This document shows, one piece after another, positions 44,930 through 60,894 of a stretch of DNA of 64,000 nt (its first letter is position 1; every line of letters starts with the position of its first letter). A model generated the notes under the pieces. That model was not told the origin of the DNA. It saw nothing but the letters and a program-made list of their open reading frames with translations, and did no database searches. The position numbers were made by a program, and so were the translations under genes. Source of the DNA: Eledone cirrhosa (taxonomy: Eukaryota); the NCBI GenBank assembly GCA_964016885.1, contig OZ024741.1, positions 349,246,001 to 349,310,000 of the forward strand, in the 5' to 3' direction.

Positions 44930-45935
44930 AGAGTTTTGACCAAGAAAGGGAGTATTCCACTTGCTTATTTTTTAGCGACCAAATCAGTTCCGACAGCGCC
45001 GTGCTAGATCATTTATTAGCCTTTTTAAATGAGTGGCAATGGTTGTACCACTTTTCCTTAAATCTAGTAGAAGTTTCACTAATATATCTATAGGTCTTAC
45101 TACTCGTTTTATCTTCATATTCATAAAGAATATTATTCTCTAAACAGTTATTTTTCATTGGGCAGCTATTACGATTTCTGCAATTGCAATTATTTACGTT
45201 ACCATTCATTGATCTCTGTGTCTGTGTGTCCATTGGTTTATCTCATTTGTGTTAATGGTGTTATCCCTGTTATTCGTATTGATGTTTAATCTATCAGTGT
45301 TTCTGTGCTTGTTATTGTGAGTTATCTCTTTATGTTTAATTCCCAGATTTCTATTGTTAATTTTCGGTATATTCTGCGCTATGATTTTGGTTGTCGAGTA
45401 AGAAAGTTTAATTGCGTGTCGATTAAAGATTTGACTGTATTTATGTGATCTAGGAAAACGTTTATCTAATGCTTTTAAAAAAAGCCTAGCTATTTTTTTT
45501 TTTTTGTAGTCCCAAGACGTGGGGTGGATTGTACCACAGAACGGAGCGGGATTTCATCCTCTTATTTAACTTTATGGTGGTATTTCAGTTATATCTATTT
45601 GGAGCCGTGTTTGTCCCGTCTCTATTGTTTGGGGTTCGAGTACCCCTATTATTTTCATTGCCGTTAATTGTGTGCATGTTAGAGTTTATGTCTATGGTTT
45701 GTTTGTGTCTATGAGTGAGTGTGTAATTGTTTCTATCTATATGCATGTACTCAATTTTGTCCTGGTACCTGCTCTAGCTAATGCATTATTATAGTATCTA
45801 GCCTTGTCATAAAATATTTCCCTATTCACTACGATTCTCTAGCGATTCTCTGTTATACATTTTTTACTATGGCCTTCTTAAGGTATCTAGGGTGGTTTGA
45901 GAAGTAGTTAACATAATTGAGGTTTTCATTTAATT
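44930..45935 (-). pseudogene. Degraded Penelope-like element fragment: RT thumb, linker, GIY-YIG
   Basis: Minus strand: NYFSNHPRYLKKAI, WYNPP, LDKRFPRSHKYSQIFNRHAIKLSYS, CNCRNRNSCPMKNNC, NILY..RYIS; contains stops and frameshifts. Confidence 0.82.
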
Positions 45936-45959
45936 TATGGTATGTGTAGTGTAGGCCAG

Positions 45960-47117
45960 AATTATTGGCCTTTTCCTTCTTTTCTCTATCAAGGACGAAT
46001 TCCCCAACGCGGGCGGTGGTTTGTACCGTGACGATGGTGTTTTGACCATGACTAAGTGCGAACCTCGTGCTTGCGACAGGTTCAGAAAAGAACTCACAGC
46101 CTTCTTTAAAGGCTTCAACCTCTCTATACAGGTTGAGGCCAATCTCTCGGTCGTTAATTACCTCGACGTTACCCTCAATTTATTGAATGGGTTGTATTAC
46201 CCGTATAGAAAGCCGAATGATACGCTTAATTACATAAGTAAGCATTCCAACCATCCTGCCAGCATAACCAAGAACCTGGTAAGAAACGTTTCGTTGAGGC
46301 TTTCCCGTCTTTCCACCAACGAACGTATTTTCAACGACCATTCTACTTATTACAATGAAGCTCTTGCTCGAAGTGGATTTGTCGATAAGGTAGCATATAC
46401 AGAGTACGATAATAGACCTAGAAGTAATAGACCCGTCGCATTTGTTGGTATAACCCACCATATAATATGGACGTGGCCACACCATTAGCTAAGATCTTTC
46501 TTTCCCTTATTACGAAGCATTTTCCCCCTACACATAAATATAGTAAAATTTTTAATAGAAATACTATTAAAATTTCTTACTCTACGATTCCTAACCTTGC
46601 ACATAACATCACAGCTTCAAATTTAGCTAAACTACCTAGCCGTAGAAACACGTGCAACCCTGTAGTTAGTACTGACTGTAATTGCAGGAATCGGGATGAT
46701 TGCCCCCTATCCGGGAAATGCCTCTCTAGTAACATTGTTTACAAATGTAAGGTTGTAACACCCACGTCCCGTAGGGCCTACATAGGGTTAACCGCCAATA
46801 GTTTCAAGCAGCGTCTTTACATGCATACCCATTCTTTTCGTTACCCTCTTAGAAAGAATATGACGTCACTTTCAGCTTATATCTGGAGTCTAAAAGACAA
46901 CCACACCCAATATAAGTTACACTGGGAGATCCTAGCTAGGGCTAGATCGTATAACGGAAATAAAAGACCATGTGACCTCTGCGCCGCTGAGGCCCTGGAA
47001 ATACTCTACGCCACAGACCACATCTTAAACAAAAAATCTGAGGCAATTTCGGCTTGTAAACATAAATTGCACAAAACTTTCCTGTATTACAGCCCCACGT
47101 TATACCCTAACGGATAG
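45960..47117 (+). pseudogene. Penelope-like element ORF, 5'-truncated: RT C-terminal half plus GIY-YIG endonuclease
   Basis: GGGLYRDDG (catalytic DD), NYLDVTL, YRKP, HSNHP; frameshift near 46450-46470; then KHFPPTHKYSKIFNRNTIKISYS, CNCRNRDDCPLSGKC, NIVY..AYIG, FKQR, CDLC, LNKKSE. Confidence 0.92.
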
Positions 47118-48053
47118 TACGATCTATACGTGGATATTTTACGTCTTGATGTGGGAGCTAAGTATATGTTTTGTTTATACCTTTACTTATTTGCATAGCA
47201 TAGGTAAGTATATATTACCCGTATGTTTTGTGAAGGTACGTATACATTCTCGTACGCATATTTGATTGGTATGGCGTATATTTTTATATATTCTGGTACA
47301 TATGGTTTGGCTATGTGTATACGGGAGTTTTGCGTCTGTGTGAGTATGCAGGTTCGTACGTATGGCGGGTGTGTGTATATGTGTACTTCATGTTTTGGTT
47401 GACTGACGTCTCCGAACATTCGTGTGTTTATATGAAGGTATGTGTGTGCGCTTGTTATATACGTATTTATTTATTTATATATGTTTATATAATTATTTAT
47501 TTATTTGTATACACGCATACACACACACACACATATTTATATGTGCGTGGTTTTGTATACCTATGGTAAGTTTTTGCGTATGCTCGTGTATGTACGTATT
47601 TATTTGCGTGTATGTATTTATTTATTTCTATTACTTCTGTATTGTATTTATTTACTTTGTTCTTAACTCTGTAGCGGTGATTCATTTGGTCTCCTTGTTA
47701 GAATTTTAGTCTACGATTTCTGCCATACCATTTACGTGGTTTTGTCTTTGCGTGCTATTGTTTTCCACGCTCCACATATGACGTATTATCTTCGTTTTTT
47801 CGTTCATTGCCAGAGAACGTCTCTATGCACCACCTAAGAGAACATTAGTCTACGACCTCTTTTATACCATAAACGTGGTTCTGTCTTTGCGAGTAATTGT
47901 TTTTCACCGCTCCTATTAATGACGTATTACATTCGTTTTTTCCCTTTCTTTGCCAGCGAACGTCACCACGAACCAAAGTATCGTCTTCCTGTCTTCCTCC
48001 AGTTGCAACGTTTTTTGAAATATCCAGTTCTGCGTTTACAGATTGACTTTGTT

Positions 48054-48104
48054 AGTTTCAGAAGATCCCGTTAAGGGCGAAAGCAGCGATTCTTTGCTTA
48101 AACT
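48054..48104 (+). ncRNA. Hammerhead-like motif at the 3' end of the PLE, extended stem III, U4A
   Basis: AGTTT-CAGAAGA-tCCC gttaa GGGc-GAAAGCAG cgattct TTGCT-T-AAACT. Confidence 0.6.
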
Positions 48105-48141
48105 TTAATCTGTTATTTTAATAAATATATATATATATATA

Positions 48142-48767
48142 TACAATATTAAATAAATGGAAAACTATATTTATAAAACCATATTTATTTCATTATATAT
48201 ATTTCGGGGATATCATATTAACAATATGCTATGCCTTCATCAGACAAAATACAATATAAACAGTTTTATAGACAAATAGGTTCGACATACCGTTATAACA
48301 CCGACTTCATTTGAAGAGGTTTACTCTGGCTGTGAAAAAATTTTACACTACCTAATTTTCTATATATATATATGTATCTATCTCTATTTCCTCTCTCTAT
48401 ATATATATATATATCTTTCTGTTTCTTTACATGAAGTTCTTCGCTTTATCTATCTTTCCATCTCTCTATTTTGTTCCATGCATTTCCTCTTTCTCTTCTT
48501 TTTCTTCCTTTTCTTCGTTTTCTGTCTTTCTTTCTGTTTTCTCTCTTTTTCTTTCTCTCTGTGTAAAATTATTTCACAGCCAGAGTAAACCTCTTCAAAT
48601 GAAGTCGGTGTTATAACGGTATGTCGAACCTATTTGTCTATAAAACTGTTTATATTGTATTTTGTCTGATGAAGGCATAGCATATTGTTAATATGATATC
48701 CCCGAAATATATATAATGAAATAAATATGGTTTTATAAATATAGTTTTCCATTTATTTAATATTGTA
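48142..48767. repeat. Inverted repeat, arms about 205 bp, with HHRs
   Basis: 48142-48347 mirrors 48561-48767 almost perfectly. Confidence 0.93.
48658..48723 (+). ncRNA. Hammerhead motif (family of 38304)
   Basis: TATTTTGT-CTGATGA-aGGcATAgCATATT gtt AATATGaTATcCCc-GAAAT-ATAT-ATA-ATGAAATA; inverted copy 48186-48251. Confidence 0.75.
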
Positions 48768-48854
48768 AATATACTCCAAATATTTGTCGAGTGCTTTTAT
48801 ACCAGTTATAAATATTTACTAGTTGTAACCCAACAATTTTAAATATAACTTTAC

Positions 48855-49014
<160 letters not shown>

Positions 49015-49620
49015 GCATGTATGTGTGTGTGTACATCAGTGACAGTATTTTTTATGTATTTTGCATATATGTACTTTATATGTAGACGTATATATATATA
49101 TATACGTGGGGGTGAATGTCCGTCTGTGTGTGTTTGAGGGTTTGCATGAATGTGTGCATCTTACGTGTGTTTTTGTGTGTACGTGTGCTTTTTGTGATGA
49201 TTTTAATGCATACACTAAACTAATTTTTTAGCTCTTTAAGTTACTAAAGCAAATCAGTATTGAACGATATACATCTTTGTAGATAACTAGGAATTATTGG
49301 CGAAAACACGGATACTAGTAAATTCTAAACTGAAATATATATGTAAAATACGAGTCTACCATAAATATGGTGTCACCACAGAGCCAAATATACCTTATCG
49401 CTTATATACCTATAAATCTACCACCCAACATTAATATCAATCTACATCCCTGAAGTAATCTGAGCACTTTATACATACGCTGATAACGACAAGAATGATT
49501 TCTTTATTTCTTTCATTATTCATTATGTTTTAAATTTTATCTATGTTTTCCCTTTATTTATTTATAACGACAACATAATTCAATCAATTCAAATAATTTT
49601 CACAGTATTATATATATATT

Positions 49621-49662
<42 letters not shown>

Positions 49663-49868
49663 GAGGAGGAGGCGGCCGTGTCGGGGTGTCGACATTATCT
49701 TGACTATTGATTTTCTTGTAAATGGCGCCTTTGAGTAATTTATTTTAATATGTTAATTCTTTCCGCTTATTCGTGAACAACATTGTAGATCTAATTTTTG
49801 GCAGTGATGGTGATGGCAAGGGTTCTGGTAGTAGTAGTAGTCGGAGTAGGAGTAGGAGTAGCAGCAGC

Positions 49869-49927
<59 letters not shown>

Positions 49928-50107
49928 GTATGGCTGAGAATGCTGTTGACTGATTTATTGCATGGATGCAAGTTTTATAATTAAATTAAATTGGATCTTC
50001 TTATATAATATTGCAAGGAAAATATGCCAAAAACTAAATAGAATTCTAGAAATTCCATGCGGGTCGTGATTGACGTTACGATAAACAGAAATATAAGGAA
50101 GGTTATC

Positions 50108-50234
<127 letters not shown>

Positions 50235-50329
50235 GTGTGTATGTGTATGTGTGTGTGTGTGTGCATGTATGTGTGTGTGTATGCATGTATGTTTGTATGT
50301 ATGAATGTATACACACATATATATATCTG

Positions 50330-50372
<43 letters not shown>

Positions 50373-50641
50373 CATAAGGGATATTCAATTTGTTGGTAAT
50401 TCAACAAATATAAATGTTTATAACTGATTCAAAGCACTCGACAAGTTTTCTAGAGTATAATATTCAATGATATTAAATAAATAGAAAGGTATTTTTTCTG
50501 GTTATGTCAATATTTATAAAACAAACTTTGTATTTTATCTGATGCGAGCGCACCAAAGTTTTGGTACCCTTGAACATATATATAATAGAATAAATATGGT
50601 TTTATAAATATAGTTTCCATTTATTTAATATCATTGTATAT

Positions 50642-51725
<1,084 letters not shown>

Positions 51726-51864
51726 TACTGCTCTGTAAAACAACTGATGTTCTTACATTGAGGTATTTCTCTTACTGATAATAAGATAGTAATAAATTAC
51801 TGACCTTCCCTGTTTATGGTTGTTTATAGTATAGTATATACATACATAACTATAAATATTATCT

Positions 51865-51919
<55 letters not shown>

Positions 51920-52106
51920 GAGAAAAAGAAAGAGTAAGTGCTGGAAATACGAAAATAATGGATGTGGGATTTGTGGGGAGGTTTCTTTCCATATATTATC
52001 TCATTCTATTTAATTCTTTATAGTCTGTAGTATTTGAATTTCATCATAATAGTTTGAAAGTTGAAACGTTAACGGTTTTTTTACTTTTACGCGCATACTT
52101 ATATAT

Positions 52107-52236
<130 letters not shown>

Positions 52237-52363
52237 TATATATGTGTGTGTGTTGTGTGTGTGCGTGATTGTGTTTGTATATATATGTGTGCGTGCGTCT
52301 AAATATACGTATATGTGTTTATGCGTAAACCCAAGCAACAGTCACGAGCACATACATATATAC

Positions 52364-52452
<89 letters not shown>

Positions 52453-54523
52453 CAGAGAAAACGACTGTCCGAACAACAGACGTCGAAGCATAGAACCACT
52501 GGGGTGCAGCAATATCCCATATTTCATTGGTTAGTTTAGGCATCAAGCATTTGTGTCTATGTCCTATATATTATGTCACTCGTACGTTTATTACTCTTTC
52601 TTGTTTGATGAATTTAATGACTCCCCCCTCCCTGTATCCCGTTTTTGTTAACGTTGACAAGTCTGGGTAAAAGAAAGGTTACAAATACGAGGCAGGCTGG
52701 TAGCTAGTGTCAACGATGTAACTTAAGGTCCCTTTCTATCCACCCCATTAACAATTGCAGCCATTAACATGCATATTGCTTACTTTCTTCTTGGTCAGAC
52801 AAAAAAGGACTGATCCTATGTCTGGTGGGAAAAAATATTCTATTTTCAGTCTGCAGACCTGGCAATAATCTTTACAACAGTGTAGACGACGTTAATGACA
52901 AGCAAGGCTTATATTGTGGTGTTAAATCTAGTGACAGATTAGGTCAACCAGCCAAGGACAAGTACATTCTATCTTAAGGGCTGCCGTACAATTTACGTCT
53001 TCAAGATACTGGTAACACTAGGTTATGTTAGAAGTCACATGTATAAGGTGTTAATGAGTAGAATTGAAACCGGAACTATGGGATCACGAAGCAAACTTCT
53101 TAATCAATTGACCAAAATTATGTGGTTCATCCCATCCATTAGTTATTTGACAGCAAACTATTTGTAATGCAGTTTCTGTTATGTAGCTAAAGTATAAATT
53201 GTCGAATCTCCTTAGTCCAAACGTTAAACGTTAAGCCGTATTTGTTCCGGATTTCTGCCCCTTATTTCAAATTATGCCGAAGTCTGTGGAAGTTCTCTGG
53301 GAGGAAAGTTTTGGAAATGTTTTATAATATATTTTCTAGCAGTATGGGTTCTGATTTCAAACGCCACCTAGGGATACAAATGCCACCGACGGCCGCAATT
53401 TGGCAACCAGCTACGTAATTTATTGTGAAGAGTGCAGTATGTGTAGAAAGATTGTAGCCGTTCGTTACTTCAGTCAAACTGTGAAGATGATGAACAGGAT
53501 GACGGAACAGAGTTCTATTCGCTTGCAGTTGTGTTCCTACAAGTAGAAAATCTGCTTACATTGATATGCCATCATTATAACGAGGTTGACTTTGCCTTTC
53601 ATCCTTACGGGGTCGATAAAATAAAGTACCAGTAATGCACTGGGTAATTGCTGGCCTAGTGCCTAAAATAGAAACAATTATAACTTTGATTAGATGTATC
53701 TTCCAGGTTATGGAAATTGGAGATAAAAATCAACCATTTTGTAATGAAGAGTATGATTAATGCTTTTTTTTACATTTATTATTTTGATATTTATTTCTTC
53801 TCATGAATTTTTGAGACAAGCCAGTATCGGTAGTGAAATAGTTTACTGTAGGACCACGTAACTGTCATCGTTTTAAAGACATATACAGTGTGGACCGAAA
53901 CCTGCATATTGTAGTCCTGCTAATCAATGGCCTTTTAGAATTTGTCAAATTTCCCTCAACTGACACTTATCTTTTTTCAAAAATGAAATAAACATAATAT
54001 ATTGTAATTCTATTAAATACTGTATTTAATTAGGAATAGCATTACCATACCATGGTTCATAACAGGGGTGTATATAAAAGCATATACAATATGTTTATGT
54101 ATAATAAACATAAGAGAGTCTGGTTATGAGTTGTTTTAAAGCTGTGATCATGTAACTTCCTCGCTTTTGAAATAGCTGTGTCATGATCATAGTGAAACAC
54201 TCGTATTTTACTTACTATACATAATATCGTTTATGCTTTCATATACACTCCTACTACTATCATTAATTGAGCGGAATTGAGGCGGTTTTGACATCTTTGA
54301 TGATATGTCTTTTTAAACAACAGCAACAGTAAAATTGATTAATTTTACTCTATTGCTATTCGGTTACACCTCAAGTATTTTTATTTAGCATTTAGCTGCT
54401 AGATTAGTTGAATGAATTCAGTGCATCTGGTATAAAGTGCATACTCTGTTTAGAATAGCTACTTATTTTTTCATGTGTAAAGTTGTGAAACAGATACGAA
54501 GATGCATTTATTCATATATATAT

Positions 54524-54554
<31 letters not shown>

Positions 54555-54577
54555 CGTAATATATATGTATATATACA

Positions 54578-54782
<205 letters not shown>

Positions 54783-55306
54783 GAGAGACATATATATATA
54801 TTACCACCCCACATTAATTCCTCAATTTGTATGTGTGGATGTGTGTGTGTGTCTGTTGGGGGTGAGGGTGAGTGTATGTGCAAGTCAACCAACATAAGTC
54901 TTTCTATATGTAAATTTTCTAGTATTCTACTCTAACCATACTTTTCAGTAGTACCACTCCACATACATTCCTCAATTTAAGAATGACCTGTAGTATCGAA
55001 ATTCATACTATAAACTTCAATTGAATATATATCTGACCAGGAATGCTTTTTGGGAAAATTATTCATATGGAACTAACTGGCGGTTTGAACTTTACAACAC
55101 CACCTGCCTATTTGAGGTCAAATGCGTATATAGAATTATATGGGGTCCACCCTTCCTTTTTCTAACAAGTCCGCTATGCCATAATATGCGTATATACATA
55201 TATATACATATATATTTATATATATATAAACAAAAGGTGTGACGCGCGTTTGTTTATGTTTATGTATATACGCACATTATGGCATGTGTGTACGTATATA
55301 TGTATA

Positions 55307-55383
<77 letters not shown>

Positions 55384-56374
55384 ATATATATATAGTGACG
55401 AAACATAAGTCAATTGCATGAACTCATAATTCTTTATAGCCATTGATGATAGCCATTGAATGGCTATGACCTCATCCGGCAGTTAGTCAGTTCTTAGATA
55501 TGCCAGCTCTGTGTTTATGTTGTTGATGGTATCAGAGCCTTGGGACATATAAGCTTGTTAGGAATAATTTAATGTTGTCAGCAGGAATAGTCTTAATTCT
55601 CATTGGTCAGTTTGTAGATGCTAGTAGGGTCTAGAAGAAACAATATCTCATGGTTTTTGTTGCAGTATGAAGTAATGCATCACATACCAAGTTAGCCTTT
55701 GGCTTGCGTATTTTCTGAATGCTTGCAGCAAAGTTAAGCCCGGTAAATTGTGTTGCTCAATTATATTAAGTAATAGTGTTAAACAGGTCGTCGGATTAGA
55801 TTTCCCATCACCCAATTTCACTCACAAGGCTCAACTTAATACAAGCTTCTCTAAGTTTGTATTAACCTAAGGGTTGAGAGTTATGATCGAACCTGGAACC
55901 ATGTGATTACGGAACAAACTTCTGCCTGCGTTTATAAGTGTATGTTTATCTGTTTTTCTGTATGTGCATGTGACTGCATGTGTGTGATTGTGTTATTTTC
56001 TGGAAGTGCATATATTTCTTCAGCGTTAAACAAATCCACGTGCCTGGTAAGCTGGTTTCTATTACATTGCAATGTTAGAATTTTCCGCTGGTGTCGTTTG
56101 TCAGAAATTCGGGATGTCAGCGGTTTAGGTCTGCGATAGGTCACAAGAGAGCCTGTTTAGCGTATCTGGAGCAACATGGGTTCATGTCCGGTGTTATGTT
56201 AAACTTGCCAAGCTTCTGAAATTCGCGCAATGAGAAATAAACAAACATACACACTCACACACACTCACACATACACACACTCACACTTACACACATAAAC
56301 ACACATATATATAGAGAGAGAGAAAGAGACAGAGAGATTGACATATATATATACATATATTTATGCATGACATA

Positions 56375-56407
<33 letters not shown>

Positions 56408-57520
56408 ATGTAAGTGTTTGTGTGAATGTGCGTGTGTGGATGGATATAAGAATTGTTGCATATATGTATGTGTATATGTCTGCAGGCATATACGTATTTG
56501 CGTATGTACGTATGTGTAGATTTACGTAATAATATGTATGCGTGAATGCACCAACGATATACCAACCAATAATTGGATATCTGAGTTGCAGTGTTGCATT
56601 TGGCACACAATCTTTAGCAGACATCATGAAGTTATTTCAGGGTGACACGGGAAAAAATTTGAAACTTCCGAAGATTAAATTTTGTTAGAGCCAAAAATAT
56701 CACTTTCTTGGCATTGTAAAATTGTTACGAGAAATACGGAGATAAACATAAGACTCGTATGCTTACAATATTGTGAATAAAACATAAATTAACAATAAAT
56801 ACTCTGTAACAGGCACCAGCAGAACTCTACTTGTATTTGGAAACCAGTATTTGCAGGTTTCAAAGCTATTTGGAATTTTTATCAGATGACAACTAAGCCT
56901 ACGCTTCCAAACGCTATGATGTTTTTTTCTGTATACGAAGTTAATTAAAAAGTGTGGTCAATAACTATGCATAAGTATTTATTTTAAGCATATATGCAAT
57001 GTGCTTGTCATGATGTCTAAATCTCTAAATCACTTTTTTCTCCGTCTCAAGATCTCTTACTTTCTCTCTCTCTCACTCTCTCTTTCTTTCCCACGTTTCC
57101 ACTGTTTTTCTCTGTATATATATATTATCACCCTTTACACCCCCCACCCCCCAATCTCTCTCGCTTTTTTTCCTCCCCCTCACTCTGAATCTCTCGGCTA
57201 TTGAGAAAAACAGATTTTACTTCGTTTCGTTTCAATTTCCTCTGAATTACACAATCCTGGTAAAGAAATGAAAATTACTGCCAAGTTTATATTTACATTT
57301 TAGTCTCTATTTAATCAGTAATTTTATTTTTTCATTTTTTATTTGTTCTTTTGTATTTTGCTTTGTTTTTATTTATTTTTTAAATTCTATTTATGTATTT
57401 GTGGGTATTCTTTCGTTTTGCTTCCTTTATAGAAATATTCTAGCTGAAACGGTCGGATTTCCTAGTTTCGTTTGTAAATTAGCTACTTCCTGTGTACTTG
57501 TATGCATGCATGCCTCTGTT

Positions 57521-57562
<42 letters not shown>

Positions 57563-57844
57563 CACATACCTATATATATATATATATATACATTTTGTGT
57601 ATATGTATGTTTGCATGTGAGAATGTGTATTTGTATGTAAGTATGTACATGTGTGTGTTTGTTTTGAATAACTTGTACCTGGGTTTCATGGTTTATTCAG
57701 ACCATATTTATGAACGTATACTCTGTTAATATTATTGTCATTGTCATAAAAGAAATTATAATAATTATCATTATTCTTACTGTTATACTTATTAAATTTC
57801 CGTCGCATCTTTGAAGTATGACATATCTATACACATATACTAAT

Positions 57845-58032
57845 AATTGTTTCTACTTTTGGCATAAGGCCAGCAATTATCCCAGTGTATTACTTGTACT
57901 TTATTTTATCGACCCCGTAAGGATGAAAGACAAAGTTAACCTCGGCGGGATTTGAACTCAGTCCGTAAAGGGACGTAACTGTGCCGCAAAGCATGGCGAC
58001 CGACCCTCTACCGATACTGCCAATCCACCGCC
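57845..58032 (-). mobile_element. SINE family 2
   Basis: Full reverse-complement copy. Confidence 0.82.
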
Positions 58033-59040
58033 CTCTCCCATCTTAATAAATAATAATGGATAATCAATTCCGAAATATGAATTGTACGGGGAAAGGCGGT
58101 GTACGCACGATTGGAAAGCCTTTCATCATAGATTAGGCCTAATCTGGAGCTACACAAGATCAACATTGAGCCGACGAAGGAGTCTCTACTGAACAACCTT
58201 TAACCCACACGTTACTATCTTAAGGTAGCAAAATACACATTCTGTAATGTAGTTCTAGGTTTTCTATAATTGAGAGAAAAGGTTTCGGCTTGCTATTTCA
58301 AAAAAGAATAATGATTAGTTAAGTTCTTTAAATGTTGGCGCAAAGTAAAATAACAACAAAAATGTCAACAGCGTGTGCCAAATAGGGCGGAGATCAAACC
58401 GCGTTGTTCTTGCAATACTTGTATATCCTTAACTCTACAAGATACCAACTTAATCGAAAGAATTGGTAAACGTCAATATATATTGGTAAAAGGTGCTGTG
58501 AAATAAAAGAGGTTTGTTAACAACCCATTTTGCCCTCCAAATTTTATATTTCATGTAATATTCTGAGAGACGTTTGAGAGAGTCAGCTGATGCTCTAATA
58601 CCAGCAGTCAAACCATTTTAAAGATATATTGGACAATGAAGTCCCTGTTATACAAAAGAACGGGCCGGTCACCGCTTAATATATTGGCTTTACGACTGAT
58701 CAGCGACAACTGTTTTGAAAACGTCTAAACAATAACTATAACCCTATGTTCTCATCCCACCAATTACATAGCATTGCACTCATACTCACGTAATATGATA
58801 AAGTGGTTGAAAGCATACATGAAATTACTCTCATAGTGGGGAGAAAAATCATTTTAGTGCATAATTCTTGTTAAAAAGGCAAGAGAGAGAAATTTAGAAT
58901 TTAAATTAATATGTGTTAAACATAGAATAGGTGCAGAGTGTGGTATAATTTCTTCTATTAATTCTCTTTGCATTCAAAACATATTTCATTGCAGTATTCG
59001 ATCCCTGTCCATATGTCTTACCATTTGGATAACAACAGAA

Positions 59041-59410
59041 GTTCAAGCTAAATATCAACTACATTAAATTAATATAAATTTCTAGCGGGAGATCAACAGT
59101 AATGAGTTAGTCTACAATGAATTAATCTACTGAAGTTCAAACTGACTATCAAACACCATTGAATTATTCCTGCAGTTCAAGCTACCCACCAACAGCATTG
59201 AATTGTCTGCCACAGTTCAAGCTACCCACCAACAGCATTGAAATGATCAGCACTTTAAAGAGGACATAAACTGCATCGATTTGCTCAGAAATTAAACTGA
59301 CAATTGACAACATTAAAGCAATCTGCGCAAGTTCAAACTGAACACCAATAACATAGAGCTGATCTACAAAAGATATTCAATTAGAACATCAACAGCTTTG
59401 GTTTAATTTA
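59041..59410 (+). repeat. Degenerate minisatellite of about 40 bp
   Basis: GTTCAAGCTACCCACCAACAGCATTGAA at 59175 and 59215; variants at 59041, 59135, 59331. Confidence 0.78.
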
Positions 59411-59586
59411 TCTGGGTAAACCAATACGCCAATGCCCGTCTTCTTCAGACAAAGTAATAATAAAAAGAATATTTAAAAGAGTGTGTGATGAATTTCCACC
59501 TCGATATGTCGTTGGTCTATCACAGCTAACATTCCCCAATAATTCATCTATTTATTCCCCACCTCTGGGAATTGTTGTCATTTTTA

Positions 59587-59795
59587 GCAGTATCGGTAGA
59601 GGGTCGTACGCCATGCTTTACAGCATAGAGTTACTGCCCTTTACGGTCTGAGTTCAAATCCCGCCGAGGTTAACTTTGCCTTTCATCATTAAGGGTTCGA
59701 TAAAATAATGTACCAGTCACGCACTGGGATCGATTTAATCGACTCCCCCCCCCCAAAAAAAAAAATGTCTGGCCTTGTGCTTATACTAGAAATCA
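59587..59795 (+). mobile_element. SINE family 2
   Basis: Same motifs; retains the GATCGATTTAATCGAC..CCC segment missing in several other copies. Confidence 0.8.
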
Positions 59796-60336
59796 TTTTT
59801 TGTTCCAAGACAGGTATGAACGATTAAACCTATGATTATAAACATTCCATATTTGATCTTCCCATTTTTCTTTACTGGTATAGTATTGGGTGATATTGTA
59901 TATCAAGAGTATCCAATGAATCCTTCTCCCTCTCGAAACAGCTGGGAGTGTTATGAGATAAATTTGGTTGCTATTTCTAGACAATCAATCGAACAACCTT
60001 TGTTCGCTTTGTCTCTCATTTATTTAATGTGAATTGTATATAACGCATCACCTGTGTTCTTTAGTTCTTTTACGACATTTGTAAGTGGTTTTATTGTTAT
60101 TGCTTTTATTGCTTAACACCAGGCAAGCCAGTTTCGATACATATGTGCTACTGACAAGGTTCTGGATACCCCCCAACACCACTGTGAGCACCACAGTTTG
60201 TTGACAAGCAGTTCATATGCCGAAATTTTTCGACTATATTACATGTAAACTTGCGTTGTTAAAGTTTAGAATGAGGCAACATACTTTCAAACACATCATA
60301 ATGCGATTATTTTATTTATATATTTTATTTATATAA

Positions 60337-60525
60337 GGTTGGATTGGCAGTATTGGTAGAGGGTCGGACGCCATGCTTTGACGTATAGAGTTACGGCCCT
60401 TGCCATTCTGAGTTCAAATCCTGCCAAGGTTAATTTTGCCTTTCATCCTTACGGGGTCGATAAAATAAAGTACCAGTAATGCACTGGGGAATTGGTGGCC
60501 TTGTGCCTAACGTAGAAACAATTAT
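60337..60525 (+). mobile_element. SINE family 2
   Basis: Same motifs. Confidence 0.82.
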
Positions 60526-60853
60526 TTTATTTATATATTGGTAACATCTATTATTTCTTCAAACTTACGTTTTAAACTTAGCTCCTTTTAAATGATTATT
60601 TGTCTAGTTAATTTCTACGCACGAAGAAGAAAAATTAGGTAAATTTTATCTGACTGTTCTTCAAACTTATAATTTTAATATAAATGTTCTGTGAATCCAT
60701 ACGTACATATATATATGTGTGCATGTATGTATGTATATATATATATACATACTACTGTACGTCTGTATACATATATGTATGTACGTATACATACTTATAT
60801 TTAAGTAACAGCCGTACTAAGAGTGAAAAATGAAATTTCGTTTCATTTTTTCC

Positions 60854-60894
<41 letters not shown>

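Larger units (their letters stand above)
45960..48125 (+). mobile_element. Penelope-like retroelement 3' portion: ORF, 3' UTR/pLTR with HHR-like motif and AATAAA
   Basis: ORF followed by a GT-rich UTR, two diverged copies of a repeat about 140 nt apart (47706-47964), HHR-like motif 48054-48104, AATAAA 48120-48125, then (TA)n. Confidence 0.78.

Noticed and set aside
47706-47964. SECIS element in the PLE 3' UTR
   Set aside because: ATGAC is present but without the apical AA and GA-quartet geometry, and there is no in-frame TGA in the adjacent ORF
56024-56046. Potential 23-nt micro-exon (ttcttcag ... gtaagc)
   Set aside because: Splice-like signals occur by chance; no supporting exons or transcript evidence
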